From positions 1 through 32,620 of the IMG/VR virus record IMGVR_UViG_3300022670_000082: a stretch of 32,620 nt of DNA. One strand, 5' to 3'. The translations under genes were made by a program, and so were the position numbers. Positions 26,817 through 32,620 of this stretch are shown here, piece after piece. The stretch's first letter is position 1. Every line of letters begins with the position of its first letter. The notes beneath the pieces are model-generated. The model did not search any database. It saw only the letters and a program-made list of their open reading frames with translations, and was not told where the DNA came from. This DNA comes from a virus (lineage: Duplodnaviria > Caudoviricetes).

Positions 26817-29800
26817 CTATGTTCTAACCGCAATCTTAGTAGCGTTACCGTCCACTGTTGGGCCTGCATTAGTTATGAAACTAGGAGGCGCACTAACAGT
26901 GATAGTTCCAGCCCCATCATTATCTCCCAATATACGGAATTGATTACCTACAGTGAATTTTTCCGGCAAACTTACATCATATGTTTCTACACCGTCACTA
27001 TCAGAACCAATAGTCTTGCGTCTTAGACTATTACTAAGAGGAAGGAATGTAACCCCGTTATCAAATGACTCTTCAAACCAAATAACAAGTAGACCCGTAC
27101 CACCCCCAGATTTAATTAGATTTATTTCAACAGTGCCTTCCAGCATGTCAAAAGATTCTAAAACTGTGAATACACCCGTTGTTGGATTTACAGAAATAAC
27201 TCCATTATTAAAATCCCCAAACAAGAGTACAGTATCAACACCAGCGGTTAATACTTGAGATACACTCGATGTTGATACGAAGGTTTTAAAAGTAACATCG
27301 GAAGGTGAACTACTAAAGTTCCCTTCGTAAGTGTTCTCATTTTCAACAGTATTAAGTACTGTAATGATATCAATCTTCTCAACTTTTAGTGTACTGGTTC
27401 CTAGCTTATTAATCAAAAACTTATTAGGATCGGATAGGTCATTAACAGAAATATTACCATCTAGATTACTAGTTAATACACTGAAGGCTGCTCCTATAGG
27501 TCTACCCTGTACGTCTGGATCAATCTCAAAGAAATAATCACGATTACCAGGAGGCAGCATATGAAGGAGATCAATAAACCCAGCTACATCAGCATCAACA
27601 ACAGGAATAATGTTGGATTCTTCATAGATGGTTACACCAAAATTCGCATGATAACTCACTCTATTCGTATTAGGTCCAGAGCCACTGCTCACTACAACCT
27701 TCGTACCAGTACCTCCTGTATTCGTTACGAAGGCTAATTGCTGAGCCATCGTTATACCGTTGATGATTATATCAGCAGGAGCTAATCCAACAGGTACTTT
27801 TATCGTCCAGTCAAACCAATCACCTACATTAATATCAGGAGTTCCAGCTGTACCGTCTAAACTAATGCTTATTACGGAGTTAGCGTCAGCACCTCTTAAG
27901 CGCATTTTACCTGTCCCGTCATCATCAAAGAACAAACCATAACGATCGTCAGGTACGTCATCTTGTAATCCTGAGAAGAATCCCTCTTCCCCATCTACAG
28001 TATCAAGCCTAGATCTTCCGCTATATGCAGCACCGAATGTATTTATATCAGCCCATTCTTGTACAGTTAATACACGTTCTGCACCAACAGTATTGGCACC
28101 ATCATCATTAAGCTGGATAACATCCTGCACTACACCGTCAATAATGTCTGAAACAACATTAACTTCTAATGGAGTAGTCAGGGTGAATCCCTGCAAATCA
28201 GGCGAACCCTTCTCTCCAAAGAACCTAGCATCAGTAAAGGAAAAAGATTTAATATTAACCTTAGCGTCTGTTTCAACGGTTATTAACTGCCTCTCTATCG
28301 TCTCCCATCTTGATGTAGTATCAGTAACTGGGTTAACTTTACCCATTCTATTAAGGAATCCAGGAGGTACTACAATATCCTGAGTATCGTTATCAATAAT
28401 AATAGATTCGGATTGCAGTTCAATTGTAATGCTGTTATTAACCTGAGTATTAATTACCCCGAAACCTGCACCATAATTTACACCAGTTTCGTGGTCTAGT
28501 AGGATAGTGAAGTCACGGAGTATATTTTGTGGAAAGACAAATATAGGATTCTTGTTTAAAAGAGTTTCGTCTGTGGTTAGTACATCCGAAGTACCGTACA
28601 CTAATAAACCGAAAGACCTTACGTAAGCGTCACTTGCATTAGAGACTGTTCCTGCGTTAATGAAGCTTATATCTTTAAACCCAGTTCCACCTAACGTGAA
28701 AGAGCCAATAGCGTTTGAACCTATAAGTACACCATCTACTAGGATGTCATAACCAGTACCTCCTGCATCACCTCTAATAAGAAGATCAATATAATTACCG
28801 AAGGCATTAGTAATTGTAATATCAGACCCAGCATTACTATTGCTACGGATTTTTATATCTGACCCAGATTTTACAATATTAATAAAGAACAGAGTATCTT
28901 GACTAACTCCCCACTTATTAGTACCACCATTAGGTAAACCCCAGCCCAAAGATATAGCTTCTTGATTATCTACAGCGGCAAATGCTCTTGTATCTAAACG
29001 GTAATACCACCCATTATCAAACATTTTATCAACATCTGATTGAGTTAAATCTTGCACAAGGCGTGGATTAGCATTACCCTGATGTTCCAGTCTTAATGAG
29101 AGTACGCTAGTAGTAGGATCTACTTCTGGCCTCCATTCATCTGTAGTAGCAACAAAACCTTCTTCAGCAAAACCCTGAGCTGTAGCAGATGCCAACTCTA
29201 AGGTATTTATATAAGTAATGTCAGTGTTGTTAAAATCAAATAAAAGAATAGATCTCTTATTAACCAAGTCACTTCTTATATTGTCGACAGCAACTTGAAC
29301 ATTACCGTCTAGGTCTTCAGAGACATCTACGGCTGCAATTGGGCCAGTTGTTGAATCAGGATCTCTTGTATAATTACCAAGATTAACATCATTAAGCGCA
29401 ATTAAATCTATAAATAGTTCAGCCATTTCCTCAAATGAACGATTGGTATAGTGTATATTATCAGGTTGAAAGACAGGAACTGTTGTTAACGCTGTAGAAT
29501 CAATAATAGCTCCATCACGATCCTGAGCTATATCTAGGAAAGCTTGATTTACAATGTTTTTACCAGTTGCATTATTAACAGGAGCACTCAGTGTTGTTGA
29601 AATAACCGGAATATCAGATACACCAAAAATATCCTGAACAGTCTGTACAACAGTTTCTAAATTTCCTCGATAGTTATCACGAATAGCATTAGATGTTCCG
29701 GTATCCGCCTCACCTTGCTGCCATAAGATTACTAACCGAGTATTCTTATCACTATCCGCTAACAGATTGAAAGCATCCACTGCGTTTTGAAGATGAACTT

Positions 29801-30494
29801 TTAACTCATCATACCCTTGTCCAGTGAAATACGGATTTAGATCTTTTGTAAAGTTAAAACCTGATGTCTTATCATGTGTAAGAGCGATAGAACCGTAAGC
29901 CCAATGAAACCAATATAACTTATCAGGTAAGTTAGCATGTGTAGCTTGATGCGTTGAATAGAATTTAGCAACGGCATGTTGCATTCCACCAGTGTTACCT
30001 AGTGCTCCTGTTACAGAATCTATCTTTGAGTTTACATTATGAACAAGATCTTCATATAGACCGCTTGTGTTATTGAAAATCTGAACATCTGGTTGAGGTG
30101 TTGCATCAGGTTGCGTAGCATCTGAATAATTACCACCATTTGTACCGGAGCCAACACCATTAGATTGACCTATCTGAATTACAAACAGGTTCTCAGTATC
30201 AAGAGTTCCGTCTTGTATCTGATTTAAAGCGGCTGGAGCTGCATCATCTCTGATAGTATCTACAGCAACTTGTACATTACCGTCTACATCCTCAGATACA
30301 TCTACAGCAGCTACTGGGCCACCACCTCCAGGTTTATTAGCTAACGTAAATGGTGTTACCACACGAGTGGTATCTGTCCCAGCATCAACCTCTGCTTGAG
30401 TTGCAAGCTCAACAATACCTTTAACGGTTTCACTCGCATCAGGCGGGCTGCCTACGCCTCCGTTACTCCCTAAACCACCTCTTCCTAATCCCAT
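26817..30494 (-). CDS. Multidomain tail spike/fibre with SGNH (SASA/CE6-like) O-acetylesterase and tandem beta-rich, possibly lectin-like domains
   Basis: N-terminal fibre repeat ASETVKGIVELATQAEVDAGTDTTRVVTP. SGNH blocks GQSN (aa 109), WQQGEAD and DNIHY (aa 345). Beta-rich C-terminal two thirds. GAGGA SD. Confidence 0.85.
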   Translation of the reverse strand: MGLGRGGLGSNGGVGSPPDASETVKGIVELATQAEVDAGTDTTRVVTPFTLANKPGGGGPVAAVDVSEDVDGNVQVAVDTIRDDAAPAALNQIQDGTLDTENLFVIQIGQSNGVGSGTNGGNYSDATQPDATPQPDVQIFNNTSGLYEDLVHNVNSKIDSVTGALGNTGGMQHAVAKFYSTHQATHANLPDKLYWFHWAYGSIALTHDKTSGFNFTKDLNPYFTGQGYDELKVHLQNAVDAFNLLADSDKNTRLVILWQQGEADTGTSNAIRDNYRGNLETVVQTVQDIFGVSDIPVISTTLSAPVNNATGKNIVNQAFLDIAQDRDGAIIDSTALTTVPVFQPDNIHYTNRSFEEMAELFIDLIALNDVNLGNYTRDPDSTTGPIAAVDVSEDLDGNVQVAVDNIRSDLVNKRSILLFDFNNTDITYINTLELASATAQGFAEEGFVATTDEWRPEVDPTTSVLSLRLEHQGNANPRLVQDLTQSDVDKMFDNGWYYRLDTRAFAAVDNQEAISLGWGLPNGGTNKWGVSQDTLFFINIVKSGSDIKIRSNSNAGSDITITNAFGNYIDLLIRGDAGGTGYDILVDGVLIGSNAIGSFTLGGTGFKDISFINAGTVSNASDAYVRSFGLLVYGTSDVLTTDETLLNKNPIFVFPQNILRDFTILLDHETGVNYGAGFGVINTQVNNSITIELQSESIIIDNDTQDIVVPPGFLNRMGKVNPVTDTTSRWETIERQLITVETDAKVNIKSFSFTDARFFGEKGSPDLQGFTLTTPLEVNVVSDIIDGVVQDVIQLNDDGANTVGAERVLTVQEWADINTFGAAYSGRSRLDTVDGEEGFFSGLQDDVPDDRYGLFFDDDGTGKMRLRGADANSVISISLDGTAGTPDINVGDWFDWTIKVPVGLAPADIIINGITMAQQLAFVTNTGGTGTKVVVSSGSGPNTNRVSYHANFGVTIYEESNIIPVVDADVAGFIDLLHMLPPGNRDYFFEIDPDVQGRPIGAAFSVLTSNLDGNISVNDLSDPNKFLINKLGTSTLKVEKIDIITVLNTVENENTYEGNFSSSPSDVTFKTFVSTSSVSQVLTAGVDTVLLFGDFNNGVISVNPTTGVFTVLESFDMLEGTVEINLIKSGGGTGLLVIWFEESFDNGVTFLPLSNSLRRKTIGSDSDGVETYDVSLPEKFTVGNQFRILGDNDGAGTITVSAPPSFITNAGPTVDGNATKIAVRT
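29274..30320 (-). repeat. Pair of 72-bp in-frame direct repeats (30249-30320 and 29274-29345) flanking the esterase domain
   Basis: GPVAAVDVSEDVDGNVQVAVDTIR vs GPIAAVDVSEDLDGNVQVAVDNIR: 21/24 aa and 59/72 nt identical by hand alignment. Confidence 0.92.
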
Positions 30495-30525
30495 ATAACG
30501 TATCCTCTTATTATTAATTTATTCA

Positions 30526-32619
30526 TTATACCACTCCCGTCTTAATTATTCGCATTCTAAGTTCAGCTGTTGAGTCAGGTAGGTTAAATGTAGTTGAACC
30601 ATCACCTGCACCAAAGGTAATACCAATCACTGAAAATAGATTAATATATGTTTCTCTGCTTACCGCAGAACCATCCTCTAAGAGGTACTGTGGAGGAGCG
30701 TTAGCTGCGTCCCATGCTATAGAGACACCTATAGGCTCTCCGAGGTTAGAAGTGGTGTAAGTAAGCCTAACTTGCAGCTCTGTCGCAGATACCGCATTAA
30801 GGTTATCTATAGAGTAGTTGTCAGGACTGTTACGCTTTAAGACATTAAACTGTCCATTGTTTACAGCATTGACTGCTTCTGTAATCTGTATGCCACCTGT
30901 TGCTAAGTTACCGAAGATCTCATCTAAGGCTCCAACATCCCCTGGGTTTGTTAAGGAGATTCTTGTACCTGTATGGCTATCGTATTCATAGATAACATCA
31001 GTGTTGTCTCCTACAACCCAGTAGTTTCCTGTAACATTATCAACAAAACCACCTTCAGCTAGATTCTCTCCAACCTCTACATCAAAATCTCTACCTGTAT
31101 GGAATAGGAGATCCTTATCATACTCAAAGACCTTATCAGGAGTGCCTGATACAATCCAGTAATTACCTGTAGCTGGATCTGCGAAGCCTCCTTCAGGTTG
31201 TGAACTTTCAGCAAATGTACCAAACTCTTTACCTGTAGCTGTTAAAGTTGTTCTACTGTATTCTACAACTTGGTTTCCTGAAGAGTCTACAATCCAGTAA
31301 TTACCTGTAACTAGATCAACGAAACAACCCATAGATATAGCAACCTCTAATGAGGTATCCATAACTGTGCCAGTAGCTAACAGGGTCGTTCTATCGTACT
31401 CAACAAGTTCATCCCCAGTTAAGCTCAATATCCAGTAATTATCCGTAACAATATCTACCAGACCTCCTACAGGAACACCCATTTCACCGCTGACATCTAA
31501 ATCTGTACCTGTAGGTAATAGAGTTGTTCTATCGTATTCAATAATTCTATTTGTAAAATTACCTACAATCCAATAGTTATTAGTTATGGGGTCAGAGAAT
31601 CCACCTGTTATAGAATCATCTTCAGACGCTGTACTAAAACTAGTTCCTGTATGGAAAGGTACAGAGAAGCTTGTAATATCAATATCTAAAATATTAAGAC
31701 CAAAACCTACCCAGTCTAGTCCATTAAACTCTTTCATCTTATTAATGGTAGTGTTGAAGTATAGATCACCAGCTGTGCTTGCAGCACCTGAAGGGGCTAA
31801 AGAAGGATCTGAAGACAGAGGGCCATAGTATATATCTGTAAACTCTTCAAAAGTATCCGAGGTTTCAATAGCACTGTTAGCTGAATCAATAGCGCTGTTA
31901 GCCGAATCAGTAGCACTAGCTGCTGAAGTGGAAGCACTATTAGACGAATCTGTTGCACTGGATGCTGAGTTATTCTCAGACACTAGGGCATCGGCAGCTG
32001 AGGCTGCTGCATTAATCTCAGAACCTAATACAGAAGCTGCTGAGTTTGCAGCATCGACTGCTGATGAAGCTGCGTTAGTCTCGCTAGTACCTGCATTAAT
32101 CTCGCTTGTTAAAGCATTAGTCTCACTTGTAGAAGCATTAAACGCACTAGTTGCTGCATTACCTTCAGAGGATAGAGCATTGACCGCAGAGTCTTCCGAA
32201 TCACTTGCACTAACATCTGCGGTTATAGCACTCATACTAGCAGCCATAGCTGAAGTAGCTGATGACATTGCTGAAGTGGAAGAATCTATAGCCGAAGTAT
32301 CAGAAGCTATAGCAGAATTAGCCGAATCCACAGCACTACCTGCTGCATTAGTTTCCGAAGTAGAGGCATTATTCTCTGACACTAAGGCTGCTGCTGCTGA
32401 GTTTGCAGCGTCTGTTACCGAACCAACAATAGAGGAAGCTGAGTTGGCTGCATCAGTAGCACTAGTTGCTGCATTAGTCTCTGAGGTAAGCGCATTAGTC
32501 TCAGATTGAGAAGCATTAGTTTCGCTTAGTAAAGCACTGGACGCACTTGCACTAGCATTAGTTGCAAAGGCTTCTGCTGCATTCATACTATTATTTGCAT
32601 TCAGCGCAGAGTCGGAAGC
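30526..32619 (-). CDS. Tail fibre protein (start outside the window): Ala/Ser coiled stalk, repeat propeller, C-terminal tail-collar domain
   Basis: The frame stays open upstream of the Met at 32586 (ASDSALNANNS). SETNA/AANSA repeats, a GDLYFNT linker, five NYW repeats, and the collar motif PIG...DGSAVSRETY..LFSVIG..FGAGDGSTTFNLPD. Confidence 0.88.
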   Translation of the reverse strand, partial: ASDSALNANNSMNAAEAFATNASASASSALLSETNASQSETNALTSETNAATSATDAANSASSIVGSVTDAANSAAAALVSENNASTSETNAAGSAVDSANSAIASDTSAIDSSTSAMSSATSAMAASMSAITADVSASDSEDSAVNALSSEGNAATSAFNASTSETNALTSEINAGTSETNAASSAVDAANSAASVLGSEINAAASAADALVSENNSASSATDSSNSASTSAASATDSANSAIDSANSAIETSDTFEEFTDIYYGPLSSDPSLAPSGAASTAGDLYFNTTINKMKEFNGLDWVGFGLNILDIDITSFSVPFHTGTSFSTASEDDSITGGFSDPITNNYWIVGNFTNRIIEYDRTTLLPTGTDLDVSGEMGVPVGGLVDIVTDNYWILSLTGDELVEYDRTTLLATGTVMDTSLEVAISMGCFVDLVTGNYWIVDSSGNQVVEYSRTTLTATGKEFGTFAESSQPEGGFADPATGNYWIVSGTPDKVFEYDKDLLFHTGRDFDVEVGENLAEGGFVDNVTGNYWVVGDNTDVIYEYDSHTGTRISLTNPGDVGALDEIFGNLATGGIQITEAVNAVNNGQFNVLKRNSPDNYSIDNLNAVSATELQVRLTYTTSNLGEPIGVSIAWDAANAPPQYLLEDGSAVSRETYINLFSVIGITFGAGDGSTTFNLPDSTAELRMRIIKTGVV
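30975..31655 (-). repeat. Five 46-aa (138-bp) in-frame repeats, probable beta-propeller blades
   Basis: GGFxDxxTxNYWI(V/L)xxxxxx(V/I)xEYDxxxLxxTG recurs, with NYW codons near 31573, 31435, 31297, 31159 and 31021. Confidence 0.88.
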
Positions 32620-32620
32620 T

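Noticed and set aside
26758-28383. Several 60-100 aa + strand ORFs opposite the spike gene
   Set aside because: Antisense shadows of a long, motif-supported - strand gene.
29274-30320. Repeat pair considered as a DGR template/variable repeat or an invertible segment
   Set aside because: The repeats are direct, the mismatches are mostly synonymous and not adenine-specific, and no reverse transcriptase or recombinase is in the window.
31928-32509. 193-aa + strand ORF rich in Ala/Glu/Leu/Val
   Set aside because: Antisense shadow of the Ala/Ser repeat stalk of the tail fibre. The low-complexity codons lack reverse-strand stops.

Overview
This is a 32.6 kb internal fragment of a lytic, T7-supergroup podovirus genome. 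The gene content and order most resemble the Zobellviridae (ICP2/PA11/SIO1-like phages); this is recognition from memory, not a database search. Two convergent arms meet at a bidirectional terminator near 7600. The + strand arm (1-7589) is the replication module: family A DNA polymerase (5'-truncated), putative SSB, 5'-3' exonuclease, HNH nuclease, class I ribonucleotide reductase alpha and beta, and small ORFs. The - strand arm (32620 to 7618) is the morphogenesis module, in transcription order: two large fibre/spike genes, small and large terminase, portal, scaffold, major capsid, decoration and whisker proteins, tail adaptor and nozzle, a GNAT acetyltransferase, three internal virion proteins and a small membrane protein. 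I saw no tRNA, CRISPR array, integrase, intron or intein. I found no unambiguous new multi-gene system. The best leads are: (i) a PolA with paired substitutions at two normally invariant active-site residues (E710Q and Y766F, Klenow numbering); (ii) a 1225-aa spike whose SGNH esterase is bracketed by an in-frame 24-aa direct repeat; (iii) two tandem paralogous 56-aa ORFs and two translationally coupled micro-ORFs missed by the ORF track; (iv) fibre genes placed upstream of the terminase; and (v) an 87% AT island before the scaffold-capsid genes.
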